Assembly: GCA_964016885.1 (NCBI GenBank)
Contig: OZ024749.1
Span: 47,430,001-47,494,000, forward strand
Length of the DNA: 64,000 nt
Direction of reading: 5' to 3'
Source: Eledone cirrhosa
Taxonomy: Eukaryota
Part shown: one piece after another, positions 18,149 through 33,185 of the stretch
Layout: each line of letters begins with the position of its first letter
How positions within the stretch are numbered: the first letter of the stretch is position 1
The notes under the pieces: model-generated
Told to the model about the DNA's origin: nothing
Seen by the model: only the letters and a program-made list of their open reading frames with translations
Databases searched by the model: none
Translations under genes and position numbers: made by a program

Positions 18149-18995
18149 GTTGACAAAACGTTAACCCATCAGTGGTTAGAATCCTCTGGACTGAAATGGG
18201 AGACTGAAGGACTGATTATATCCGCACAAGATTAGTGTCTGCCAACAAAAAATTACCAAGCCAACACAATAAAAAATGGATGCAGCCCATTATGCGGTGT
18301 ATCTAAAAAACAATCAGAGACCATTGACCATATAATTTCAATGTTCAGTCCTATAGCGCCAACCGAATACCTAAACAGGCATGACAGAGCTGCACAATAC
18401 ATACATTGGATAATGTGTAAAGCATTTTGACCTGACCCATCAAAAGAATTGGTGGGAGCATCAACCACCTCCCATACTTGAAAAAGATCACATCTCAATC
18501 TTGAGGAACTTTAGCATCCAAACAGACCGAAAAATAGATGCAAATAAACCTGATATAATACTGAAGGACTTTAAAAAGAGGGTATGCATGCCAATTGATA
18601 TGTCCGTTCCAATAGACAAGAATGTATCTATAAAAACAGTTGAAAAATTGAGCAACTATAAGGACCTGGAGATATAAATTGGAAAATATGGAAATTGAGA
18701 ACTAAAACAATACCAGTGGTTGTAGCCGCTCAGGTATGATACCTAAGGGGTCTAATAATTACTTATCGCAAATCCCAGGAAACCCGCGTATATGAGAAAT
18801 ACAAAAGATGGGAACCTCCCATATACTAAGGAACATTCTGTCAATATAAGTACATCACAAGTCTAAACACCTAAAGATGCATGTGTGAGTATGTATGTTC
18901 TTTCTTGAACATGGCGGACCTTGTTGTCCCTTGAGGTCCCTGGTTGTGACTTGGTGATAACTCGTATGAACATAAAGCAAGATAAATGCAGCTGT
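18144..18995 (+). pseudogene. 5'-truncated R4/Dong-clade non-LTR retrotransposon (CCHC knuckle plus restriction-like endonuclease), with stops and frameshifts
   Basis: Manual translation gives WLESSGLKWETEGLIISAQD, ETIDHIIS, YLNRHDRAAQYIHW and IQTDRKIDANKPDIILKDFKKRVCMPIDMSVP...KYKDL-like motifs. Flanked by (TAA)n on both sides. Confidence 0.85.
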
Positions 18996-19357
18996 AATAA
19001 TAATAATAATAATAATAACAACAACAACAACTGTACTCATAGAAATAGCTGCAACAACATTCTATTGTTAGAACACTGAAGAGGTAACTAAATCATACCA
19101 TTATGAATAAATTATGTATTAACATGTTAATTAATATGTTATACTCCTGCACACCCAGCGGCGGTGATATATTAGTTTGAATAATCATAGTTTCGTTAGA
19201 AGAAATAGAAGTTACAAACATTTAAAATTGCAAACATAAAATGAAGTGTAATTAGTTACTCTGCCTATGGTAGTATGGTGTATACGCGCACATGAGTCTA
19301 TAAACATCAACTATCTTAATGATAATTAATTATCAATAAAAAATAAATGAGATTGTA

Positions 19358-19617
19358 AGGGTTTCTTTTGGCAGAATCAGTAGAGCATCAGACAATATGC
19401 TTTTACGATCTGCGTTCAAATCCCGCCAAGGTTAACCATGTCTTTCTTCCAGACACGGTCGATAAATTAAAGCAATTGTTTCGGACGCCATGCTTTGCAG
19501 CATGGTTCGGCCTTTTACGAGCTGAGTTCAAATCATTACGGAGTCGATAAAATAAAGTACCAGTAATGCACTGGGATAATTGCTGGCCTTGTGCCAAAAG
19601 TAGAAACAATTATTATT
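19358..19617 (+). mobile_element. Two fused partial SINE copies
   Basis: ttggcagaatcagtagagc...gttcaaatcccgcc, then ggacgccatgctttg...gtcgataaaataaagtaccagt...gtagaaacaattatt. Confidence 0.8.
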
Positions 19618-20689
19618 AATGTGATATTTTACGAAGATTACTAACTGAAAAATAGTTGCAGTGTCAAGAAGAATCTGAGAGATAATTATGTATCTATATA
19701 TTTTCTAGTAGATTATGATTTAGAACAAATCGCTACCAAAATATGTTTCCTTGGTACAAATCTACGTTTGCATATTGTTTTCCTCAAATTTATCTCATTT
19801 AAAATAACACCACAAAATAAAAATATCCATTCCAGAGTACACCTTTTAATGACAAATATTTAAAATAACACTTTAAATAGAAAACTAATTATTTCTTAGT
19901 GAAATTGCATCACCTTGGTTATAGAATATATATTTATTCATATATTGTGCAGCATGATTATACAGATATTAAAACAAATTCTTTGAAACAGGTTTTTGTA
20001 CGAAATAAAAACTAAATTAACTGCGCTAAAGTAAATAAGGAAAATAATTATTGATTTTTAGACAGTAATGCTTACATTACAAGCAGATATATGGAAACTG
20101 CTCCTAATATCCTTTACCCTGTATTGTATATCCAATCATATTCTTTTCTTTGGGGAAGTAAATCCAAAGAATTGATGGTGGTGAGCAATAGAATATAGTT
20201 TATAATCCAGATGTTCAGAGGTTTATTCGAATAACATTAAAAAATAATGTAATATGCAAATACATTTTCTAAAAAAATGATTCAAGTAAAATCTGTGTTA
20301 ATAATTTGTTACGCGTTCGGTAGTTACGTGTAAGTCTCCAAAGAAAAGCATATGAATATTTTGACTTTCTAAAAATAATTTTCTTTAAGACACGTAGAAA
20401 ATATTTTCTATGAGTATTTTTTTATTTCATTTCGTCCGTTTTAAATTTTGATTCAAAATTATCCTTTTTTACTCACAGTTTTTAAAATTGCTTTTGCTTT
20501 GCCACTTCATGTTTAAAAGTAATATTTTTCTCCAAGCAATACTTGCAAAGTTACATCAAAAGTTCAACTGAAGTAAACATTTGAAATTAGTTTTATAATG
20601 TTTCATCCAGATACTGCCATGTCGATTGTAACCACACGCTTCCCCAAGGCTATCATCGTCTACAGCAAAGAGCACTTACATACGTACGC

Positions 20690-20740
<51 letters not shown>

Positions 20741-21201
20741 GTTGCGTATGTATGTGCATCGTAACATCACGCTCACACATACACACACATATATCTATGA
20801 CTTTGTTACTTTATTTGTTTCGCTATACTCAATTCATTCCAAGTTCTTATTTTAAATATGCATCTGATTATCTGGGGTTTAGTTTAATTTATTCTACTAT
20901 ATATTTATATGTTTTTTCATTATGATTATGTTCAAAACCTATCTTTTCATTCTCACTTTATTTCATATTGTTTTAATAATTCATATGCGGTTTAACATTT
21001 CGAAACACTGTGAGCATTTGTGTTACTGCATCAACTTAGACATTCCCTACTTTCTATTTCTTCCAGTTTTTCCATCCCTCTCCCTATATAGATCATAGAC
21101 ACTAACATATATACACACACATGCATATTTATGAATATACATATATATTTATTAATATGTATTTATACATATATATTTATAAATAAATACGCCAGGATTT
21201 T

Positions 21202-21262
21202 TTTCATTCTGATGATTGAAAGCAAAATTTGTTTGCTTTTAAGAAACCACTGGTAAATGAAA
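21202..21262 (+). ncRNA. Type I hammerhead ribozyme (canonical core)
   Basis: TTTCATT-CTGATGA-TTGAAAGCAAA atttg TTTGCTTTTAA-GAA-ACC ACT GGT-A-AATGAAA. Confidence 0.9.
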
Positions 21263-21509
21263 TAATTGCCTTATATTGTTTATTACATAACTATATATTT
21301 ATATACATAAATATATAGATATATATATAGATAAACATTTTTTCTCCAAATTCCTCCCCGTCCGTCCCTTCAATCTATCTAATTTATAATTTGTTCGCAT
21401 CATGAAGGAATAGCGTCCGAAACGTTACGACTAACTTTCTACTATTTCAAGCGCTAACGTAATACATTACTTCCAAATAATGTCCCTATTGTGTTGTTAT
21501 TTATATTTT

Positions 21510-21705
<196 letters not shown>

Positions 21706-23034
21706 TTAATAATACAGGTAATTATATTGCAATAGCATATTCTTCAGTGATATAAAATGCAATATGTTATATGTCTATGTATAAATGTAAGTTTTCCAAA
21801 CAGTTCAAAGTTATTATTATAATTATAAATGCGTTATCTTAGTCATAGATATATATCAATGACTAAGATATCAAAGTCATATCAAAATATATTTTTAAAC
21901 CGAAAAATTGCCGAAATGTACATCAATATGTTACCTGCAACATCAGCAGTGTATTGCTGCACCCAGTAGGCATTCCTTTTGGTATGTTCCAAAAATGGGG
22001 CTGGGGTAATGATTGTTGCGTATCCTTATGGATTCTTCGAGGCGGACTCCAGTGCTACTATGACGCTGGGAATGATCGGGAATTAATGATAGTCCCTAAT
22101 CTTTTAAATCCTGGTATGGTCGTTATACTCCTTTTGTCTTAATGATATTATAAATCTCACTCTGGAGAATTATATATCGGAAAATTAGTATGTTTGAAAT
22201 ATATTTAAACTGACTGTACTGTTAATGTTTTGTTCAAATGAGAACATATCCAAACACGTATGATTCGACCAAATTGTAAGAACAGTGATTATTCTGTATA
22301 TTGTACCACAATTAATTCAAGATAAATTCTTAGATATTACGAGTTCTTTAACTATATATTGACGCGTAGAAAACGATTACTGGGTAGGTCGTGTATAAAC
22401 AGATAATTTAAAATATGTTATGGACAGCAACGTGACAAAATGATATTTCATTTCAAATATTGGATATAACTAGTATTCATTTTTATTTCTTGTAATAGAA
22501 ATATGCAACGCTAGAAACATGAGGCAACCTACAATAGGACCTAGTGAAATGAAGTCAAAAGGAAATAGTAAAGAATGCTGATTATTAAAGAGCTGATTGA
22601 ATGTAATTAGAGATTGAATAAACTAGTGCACCACCATGCTTCCTGTACGTATTTCATTCTTAAATGCAGCAAAGACAGGAAAATTATAGATACGACAGGA
22701 AGAGAAGCCGGGAGACATTCGTGTTCATACCACAATAAAACGCTTCCAAAATGAATAACGTGCTATATTGACTATGTTGTGAGTGGCATTGCAAACGAGC
22801 ATCATACATTGCTGGATATCATGTTAAACTAATCTACAGCTATACATGTGATGAGATAGTGTATATATATATATTAAAGTAAATTAGATTTTCATCTGTA
22901 GATGTATCAATATATCGATATTTCAGAATGTGTTAATAGTAAGATAAACATTATTGATGTTATTTAACAATTGACAGGTCCTAAAAATACATCACCATTC
23001 CATCTCGATTTCAAATGTTAAATATATATATACA

Positions 23035-23100
<66 letters not shown>

Positions 23101-23117
23101 TGACATATATATGATAT

Positions 23118-23148
<31 letters not shown>

Positions 23149-24289
23149 CATATATATATGTATATATTTCATATATATATATATATATATACATGACATA
23201 TATATGATATATATATATATATAAATATATATATATATACATATATATATGTATATATTTCATATATATATATATGAGTGTGTGTGTGTGTGTGTACGTA
23301 TTTATAGGCGCCTACTTTACATCAGTGAAAGAAACGTGTTCATACATTGTCTCTTTAACGTTATATCCTGTAGAACTCTTCATGTGTGTCTGTTTCATGT
23401 ATATGTCTGTATATATATGTGATGCGTTTAGCCTGTCTCCTCAGAATCTACATCTTATGCTTTTGCGTGTTTTGCGTTACATATATCCTTTCTAGAAGGC
23501 TAATTTCAACAACATATATTCTTATATCTGTAGGTGTAGCGACAAGGATATAGATAGTGTTATATACAAGTTATCTACAGATACATGGCCTTCAATTGAC
23601 CTTATGCAAAGTGCTTCTTACCTTAAGCTAACAAATGTTCCTCGCTTTATATTTCATTTCATCTTTCCTCATTATATCTCCATCGGATATATACATAAAA
23701 AGAGAGCTCGAAGATTAATCAAGCTTAGCTTTGTCGTGCATATGTTTAAATGTGCCGAATTACACTGAGTTTTATGTCGTTCACCCTTTTGAGACATGAA
23801 GTGGTTACTTTATAGAGAATTTCGGTTTTCAGCTGCCATGTTTCAAGTACTTTGTAATACATTACATAACCGTAATTTGGTATCATCATCATTGTTTTTA
23901 TTATTGTAGTCAGTTGATGCAGTTTTTTTACAGTACGTTCCATCTGCAATGCCCTAATATCGCTTTTCGAGCAATTACGAAACTGAGTTTCGTTTCTTAA
24001 ATACTATTTATTTTTTTTTATAATTGTTTTTAAGTGGATTTTATTATGAAACGGAAGTAAATCACCATGCTATATTGCCTGTATATTGACATTTCTTAAT
24101 GTCAAGTGTTGTGATTCCCTATGATCTTGTTATATTGTGCCTATTGATACAATATATTTGGTGACCACCTCATCTACATTTTTAGAAACCTTACTAGTCA
24201 TTATTGAGTCATGCCGTTGCGGAATTATGCATAACACGAACGCAATAAATATTATGTTATGTTATTACTTAAACCCCTAAACCTGTATT

Positions 24290-24320
<31 letters not shown>

Positions 24321-24321
<1 letters not shown>

Positions 24322-24550
24322 ACGAAGGAAATGTGGTAAGGAACCAGGTGGACCATAAGGCACCAAAGTACTCAATACTTAGGGTAGTAGAGTGGGTAAT
24401 AGGAACGAGTAGGACCCCGACGGCTGAGCTCAAGCCGTTTCGACGGCTAACTCTGGAGTAAATGAAAATGATTATCCTCGTATAATTTTCATTTAGTCCA
24501 GAATTAGCCGTCGAAACGGCATGAGTTCACCGGTCGGGGTCCAACTCGTT

Positions 24551-24552
<2 letters not shown>
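24321..24552. mobile_element. Family A asymmetric hairpin element in (TA)n
   Basis: Long arm 24321-24460, spacer hairpin, then an inverted short arm ending gttcc(ta)n. Confidence 0.85.
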
Positions 24553-24637
<85 letters not shown>

Positions 24638-25779
24638 ATATATATAAAGTTTCAAGTTACTTGAATTTATATTTAGTTGTGGAAGTTCAAGACGTAATTC
24701 GGGAAATCTCAAATCATTGATCCAACTCTAGAAAGCCACACTGAATATGCTAATGTTAGAAGTATGAACTGAATTAATTACATAATGTTATTGGGTAATG
24801 ATTATAATTAATGCAACTAACTCTCAATCGTGCTGCTTCAAGCGGAGACGAAACACAATGAAACATGCTGATATTTCAATGAGAACAATAAACCATAATA
24901 TCGCGATATCCGAACAAATTATTCGTCTTCGTTTGCTATGACAGCATAATACAGAGTACATCACACCTTGATTCTATAACTTTATAATGTTAGCTATCAT
25001 TCTTCTAGTGAAGATTGCATATGGTATGAAAATCATATATAAAATTTAGAATATTCACGAGTTTCAGAAGCAAGATGTTCTAATTTATGCCTTTATATTT
25101 GCTGAGGTTAAATATTTCTTCACAGGAAATAAAACTGTGCAGATCTTTAAATATTCTGTGAAACTGCACTCCACTACACAATAGAATAACCATCACTGTT
25201 GATAATGTTTGAATATGTAATGTCTTCTTGACTATCTATTGTTATAGACTTTCAGTAATAGTAATGGGTATGTGTTTGTGTATAAGTATGCATATATAAT
25301 GACAGTGCGAAAGAGAGGGAGAAAAAGAATTCGATTAAAATATTATATTTATTTCAAATATAGATTTAAGACCTTGTATCCGCATAGTCATTTCAAATAT
25401 AATTATTTATGATCTATTAAAATGGAATTTAATGATTTAAAATTGCCATAGAAATTCGGTTAAGTACTCAATTTATTTAATTCAGTCTCTAAGCATAGTT
25501 GTCCTCTATCATACACATTAAATACATATTGTTTTATATCTAGCGTTATCATTTAATTCATCATACGTTGATTAGTATGAAATATAATTTGGTCTTATAC
25601 ATATTGCTTCTCAGATTACTTACATTTTCGAACATTGTATTGAATTTGCTGTACGACAAAATAGGTATGACACTAACATTAACGCCCTCGAACAGATTAT
25701 CGCAAAACATGTTATAAAGAGACGCTTTACATCAAACAACATTTCAATTTCATCACACCGCAACCAACAATCCAGGTAT

Positions 25780-25832
<53 letters not shown>

Positions 25833-26626
25833 TTAATTCTTTAGATAATAAATTTGTCGGGAGTGTCGATTAGCCAAATGATCTGGTCACTGACTATATT
25901 CATAATAGTAAGAAGATGATTAGCCTAATGTTGTCAAGCACATTTAATTATTAATTATATATCACGATTACTATAAGGCTTATGTTGGCACTGACTTTAC
26001 ACTTCAATATGTCTTATCGTATTTTCCCAAATGGGTTGCAATGTGTAGATTCACTCTATAATACTGAGATTTGAATCTACGTATATCCACGATTTCTGCT
26101 AAAAAGCGTCGCAAAATCTAATGAAGCAGCAACTAGCGCTTAAACAACCAAATTGTAATGTGATGCCATAAAACAGTTTCTATTGTTAAATACTTCAACA
26201 CAGTTGGAATTTGATTAACTAAGATGACTAAACTCACCACAATAACGTAAAAGCGAATCCCTGCGACCTGTTGTCGATAAGGCTGACATTGAATGAACCT
26301 TAAAATGTTCTACTGTTTACCAACGCTGGCCATCGCATTGCTGTTAAATGATATACCTGTGAGAGTTACGATTCAGTAATTGAAATTGAATTACCTGTCG
26401 TCTTTATATATTCTATGAATATCTATATCAATTAGTAAAGCTACAAGTAGCAGCAATAGTAGTATAGATTGTATATGAATATCTTACGGAAGTGACCTAA
26501 ATATTTAATAGGAATTTCTTAACATTAGATATATGTATGCAATCAAGTATTGCATTTTGTTTTTATAAACATATACAATCATCTCTCTCTTTCCCAATCC
26601 ATCTCTCGCTCTCTCTATCTCTCTCG

Positions 26627-26668
<42 letters not shown>

Positions 26669-26725
26669 CACCTGCATATGTCTCCATTCTTTCTGCGTCA
26701 TACGTGCATATAAATATACATATAC

Positions 26726-26826
<101 letters not shown>

Positions 26827-27448
26827 CGTCTGTATATGTCTATAAATGTGTGTTATGTAGTGAATAATCAGAAGAAGTTATTGTAGATATTGGTGTTATA
26901 TTCCTCCAACACTTTGCCACCATGTTTTATATTTGGGAATGCCTTCATAAATATTTCCAATACTAAAACGTTTGATAATTTTATCTTGATTGGCATACGT
27001 AGGTGATTACAAATTATATATCATTCAAACCTACAGTCGTTTTTATTTATCCTACTTTCCTAACTACTGTCTAAATGCGAACTTTCTCTCCAGCTGAGTT
27101 TAATATTCAATAGTATAAATTATTGATGTGCATTTGTGTCTAATGAATTCTTCTGATAATAAAATATATAACTGAGAAATAAACAACAGAAACCATGAAT
27201 TCAAAGGAAAGTCAAGATGCCATATTATCACGAACATCATTTTAGTGATTAGATCAATGAATAGTATCTCCATCGTAAGTTATTTGGGAACATTGTAATA
27301 TTCACAAAGTGAATGTATGCACGTGTTCGCAAATATGTGTACACTGAATATAAGCGGGCAGGCATGCACACACCTACACACACATACACACACACACACA
27401 CACGCTGTAACCGTGTGTGTGCTTTTGTAAATAGGTAGTTTTATTTAA

Positions 27449-27839
<391 letters not shown>

Positions 27840-29432
27840 CGTGTGTGTATGTGTGTTCGTATGTGTATGTATTTATGTTTAAGATAGTAGGTAGATATTA
27901 TCGAAGGAGGTTGATTTATAGATCTCTATATCTTATATTCATGTTTTGAATTGTTTTCACGTATTAACGTAAAGCAATGTTTTGTGTAGTTTCCAGGCAA
28001 CGATATAATTATTATTTTCAATAATGCATAACCCTTTCGCATACGCCCACGCATACGTTCAGGCAGCTAAACAGAGAGGGAGTGAGAATAGTTTCAAAAC
28101 ATTTCAACACGATTCTACATCACGAGCTTGAATCCCCTTCTGTAGGAAATTAAACTGGGCAATCTACAAGTAGTTCCATATTATATTTACAACAAAGAAA
28201 GCCCTTATCTCCTAAAGAAAAACTGAACATCGAATGAAATTCTTTTCCTCTACGGACCCTCATTGCTATTCTCAAATAGCGTAAATACTGTCGCATCATA
28301 TCTGAACACACTCATTGTAGAAACTGCTTATAAGATCTGAAATATAGCGAAAATAATTTAAAGTATATATTCGAGGGCATGGTATTGTGAGTATAGTTTT
28401 CAATTCCCAGACACATAATTCCCAATTTAGATTCACTAATTAGAATATTTGTCTGAAATGTTCTACTCTAAGTCACAGATTCATGAATATAAAATGTTAG
28501 TCCCAATATACTGTGGTAATTATATCTGCCTGATCTCGCATGGGGAGACTGTGGTTTAATGTTGATGGGTGGTTCTGAGAGGACCGGCTGGTATGCCTTC
28601 ATGCCCCACGACGATCACAGTAAAGAAAATGAAAAGAAGCCGTAGTAAAATAAAAAGAAACAAGAGAAAATGAAATATATATATGAATGCGTGTCTGTAT
28701 TGTTTTTGTCTGGGTGTTTCTTGTTGCTTGTATATATATTGTTATTTGTATACAATTATTTACATTCACATAAATGTATGCATCTATAGATGCATGTATG
28801 TATATATTCAACGAATATGTTATGTTAAACTTAAACTTAGAATGGGATACATCGAATGATCACAACTGACAGCTCCTCTTGGTAAACCACCTTTGCGCAC
28901 GCAACGTTCATGAATTATTCGTTCCGTTTTCAAAAATCAATAACCCACTCTTACATTAATGTTAGAATTACTACGGAAAGCTATGCGATAAACCTTTCTC
29001 TGCATTTTGAAAATCACCAGTGTTATTCAACTGTAAAATATTATCGAAAACTCTAAATTTAAAAAGAGAATACTCTGTCAAAATAAATAGTTTTAAAATC
29101 ATAAACTCTCCGGTTTAACATGCGTATAAATTGAGACAGCTTTGCCGGAGTAACACGACATATGAAAGCCCAGCGAAAAATTATATCTGTTCATCAGGAA
29201 AAAGGAAAATAATCGGACAGCGATTTCCTATATAACATGATTATTGAACAGACCTTCAATGTTTACATTAATTATAAGATATAGATTGAAATACGCCGAC
29301 AATCCACACATACACAGATAAACATTGAAAGAGAGTATATATATATATATATATATTATAAAGAAAAAGAGATGAAATCGAAAATGCAACTGGAATCTTA
29401 TTTTTTTTTAAAATATATATATTTATTTGGTT

Positions 29433-29470
29433 CATTTACCGGTTTCGCAGTTCTTCTGCTTTTCAAAAGG
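29433..29470 (-). ncRNA. Minimal HHR in the inverted 5' pLTR (U3-A8 core variant)
   Basis: cctt-TTGAAAA-GCAG aagaa CTGC-GAA-ACCGGT-A-aatg. Confidence 0.75.
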
Positions 29471-29757
29471 TGAGTTGAGATGGAGGGTCTGTGGTTTTTC
29501 TCACATCTGGTTGGTCTCTGAATGTTTCTTGTTTTATATGGCAAAAGTGGCTCGAAATGCCAGGTTTTTCGAGAAGTAATTTGACTGGTTTGTCAATAAT
29601 TATAATAAATTTCGCGCCAGTTCGCATTGCAACAGTTGCATTTTCGATTTCATCTCTTTTTCTTTATACTTTCACTCGTGTAGGACACCTCGGTTATTTT
29701 TCATTTTGTAAAAAAAACCTCACTTTCTAATATATACCCACCACACGAAGACCGAAA

Positions 29758-32700
29758 ATGCCACCACATTCTCAACAAAACAACAACTCACTGAACCAGG
29801 ACATCTTAAATGAACTCAAAGAGATTTCCTCTAAACTCTCAATGTTGACCAACAAAGTAGACCAAATACAAAGGACCCCACGAAGAAACAGAAAATACCC
29901 AAGAAACGAATATTACTCCAGTATTAACTAAGCTAATCGAAACCATTGAAACAGCAATGCTCCAAAAGCTGGAACAACCGTTAGAACCCAATCTACGAGA
30001 TGTCCACTCAGTGAAAAACACCCTAATCAACATATGGACTCAAAAGCTCACAGCCCGCAAATTCGCCCTTTGGAATCTCCTAAAAAATAATGGCAAGGCA
30101 GACATATATGAAAAGTGGCTAAACTCTACCCCACTCATCCTCCCCAAAAAACTCCAAATAAAACCCATCCCGGATGAACCAGAAAACCAACAAAGACTTG
30201 GGGAAAATATGGCATTGGAAAAATTTAAAACAGAAATAGAACTGTTGCGATTAAGAGCCAACTCCAACGAAGAACAATTCAAGTCACTCGACCAACAGAT
30301 GGACACAGAAATCTCAAAGCACACTGAAGGCCTACTCTACAAAAAAAACCTAAAACTTTGGAAAGAAAACTGTGAGGATGAAGAACTAACATCCCTCCAG
30401 CGATGGGAAAAAACCTCACCAGGTTCAACAACTACGAAATGGACTTCAAACATGAACAACATACAGGTAACCCATTTTTAAAACAAACTAAAACTCACAC
30501 ACCACATGCACAACAAATAACAAAAACTGTAACAAAACTTCCAACATACCCCCAGCAAAACTATAACGATAATCCCAGAAACCATAGACAAAATTATAAC
30601 CTTACTAACAAAAACCAACGATCCCCGAACACAAGGCAGAACCTGATCCGCAGATCACAACCCACACAAAACCTATTCCAAAACCGTAGACCCCTGCCCA
30701 CACAGAGCCTGTTCCAAAACCGTAGATCCCAACCCACGCAAAGGAACCAAATCTACAACCCGGAATATCAACAAACCGAACCTCAATACGTCCGAAACTT
30801 CTATACAAGACCACACAACAACAGGGGAAATACCATTAGATATAATAATACCAATGAAAAAACATTCCAGAAAAATCATTTTTTAGATCAAGCCTACAGG
30901 ACTCACGACACCCGGTGGCACATACCGATTTTGAAAAACCGAAAATAATTAACATTTCAAATACAAACCTCTCAGCCCAACAAGTAAAAATGATCTCCAA
31001 AGGTTTGAAATTCACACCAACACCACAATACCCTAACCCCAACGATATAAATGACGATATCTCACAATTCTGTAGAAAATTACGTCTCACAGAGGAATTC
31101 TTTGACAAGGAGAATAACGACGAATCAATTGTACGGAATAAAAGCAGCTACAACACAACAAATGGTAGAAACAGAGTTCTGGACAAAGTTTGTGACTACA
31201 TAGCTACCTTCCCATACCATGAACTACCGCAACCTAAACCCAAACCCAACACAAGTCAAAGGGAATGGGAGATTATCCATGAACTAAAAAAACAATACGG
31301 ACATTATAATTAAGGAAGCGGACAAGGGAAGTACTGTTGTCATTATGGAGGCTGAAAAATATAAACATTCTATGTTCTCTCTCTTACAAAATACTACTTA
31401 CTATGGAAGAGTAAAAACCTACCAGCAATCCAAAATAATGACCAAATTAAACACACAGATTTATCGATACCAGGAAGACCTAACTAAAAAGAAACGCGAT
31501 TATTTAACAAAATTTGAATACAAAACCAGCAACCTTTACGGACTTCCGAAGATCCACAAGTCTACAATAATCAACGATGCCTGTAAACAATCCACCTCAG
31601 CCTGCGTGAACACACAATACCCCACGTACCTTAAATTAAGACCAATTGTAGCGGGCCCACAATGTGAAACACACAGATTGAGCAACTTTATAGACATACT
31701 ACTGAAACCAATTCTGAAACACATACCAAGCCTTGTAAGAGACGATCTGGACCTCTTAAACCACTTCCGCAAACATGTCAACAACGACACTATTATTGTG
31801 TCTTTCGATGTAGTAAATCTCTACACAACGATCCCACACCAATACGGACTAGAAGCAATAGGATTCTGGCTAGATAAATATCCCAATGAGATACCTGAGA
31901 GAATAGAAAAAAGCTTCATCACCGAGGGATTAACATTCATCCTACAGAACAACTTTTTTGATTTCGATGGCAATACTTACAAGCAAATATCGGGGACTGC
32001 GATGGGTACAAAAGCCGCTCCAACTTATGCCAACTTAGTCATGGTATACTTAGAAGTCCAGATATATGAACAGTCCAAATCAAAATACAGATTGAACTTC
32101 CACAAATATTTATCAGAGAATTGGAAACGCTACTTGGATGATTGCCTCATTATTTGGTCCCACACACTCAACAACTGTAGCATTTCAAAAACTTAATAAA
32201 CGGCATCAATAACCACATCCAATTCACAATGGAATACAGCCAAGATCAACTCCCATTTCTGGAGAGGTTAATCTTAGAAAAAAACACAATGATCGAAACT
32301 GACATACACTACAAACCAACAGATTCCAAACAATATCTGCTATTCACCTCCAACCATCCAAAGCACACGAAGACGAACATTCCTTTTAACCTAGCAAGAA
32401 GAATTTGCACAATTGTCTCCAATTATGAAACGCGAAATAAAAGACTTCAAGAATTAAAGGAAATTCTACTCGAGAGAGAGTACCCACTATTACTAATAAA
32501 TTATGGAATAGAAAGGGCTAAAGCAATAGGCATTGATGAGTTACGGAAACAGAAACAAATTCAAGGTACGTCCAATATTCTATCATATATCTCAACACAC
32601 ATCCCAAGAAATGCGGAAGCTTACAACACTATTCACAATAACATCCCACTACTAAAACAAAACCCAAGAATGAAAAAAGCCCTTGAAACACACAAAATAA

Positions 32701-33185
32701 TCAAAAGCGAAAGACAACCGAAATCACTGAAAACATTACTCACCAATGCCAAATTACCTACCACAAACCCACAACCAAGTATCAAAAAATGTGGTCGCTC
32801 TAATTGTGGAACCTGCACTCACCTCATTGAAGGCAACACGTATACATTTAAATCAAGACAAAATTTTACTGTAAAAAATCACTTCACTTGCTCATCAAAA
32901 AATTTACTTTATGCCATTAAATGTAAAGGATGCAATGAAGATTATATAGGACAAACTAAACTCACACTCAGAAACAGAATGACAATTCATCGCCAACAAT
33001 TACGAGATCCAACCACGAGACAGATACCACTAAGTGCAAATCTAGACATTTGCGCAAGTAATAAGACACCCACATTCCAAGTCTTCACATTTTACTTTTG
33101 CGCTAACAATACAACAGAACAAATGCGAATAAATAAGGAAAATATGTTTATTCAAAAATATAGACCAACATTAAATAAGGATTAA
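29758..33185 (+). pseudogene. Frameshifted PLE polyprotein: N-terminal extension, reverse transcriptase, Cys linker, GIY-YIG endonuclease
   Basis: LYGLPKIHK, LRPIV, SFDVVNLYT, GTAMGTKAAPTYANL, RYLDD, YKPTD, CGRSNCGTC and LLYAIKCKGCNEDYIGQT occur across ORFs 29957-33185. The start ATG at 29758 is inferred. Confidence 0.93.

Noticed and set aside
29105-29202. Minus-strand CTGATGA with a distant TAAACCGG
   Set aside because: Too degenerate to fold credibly.
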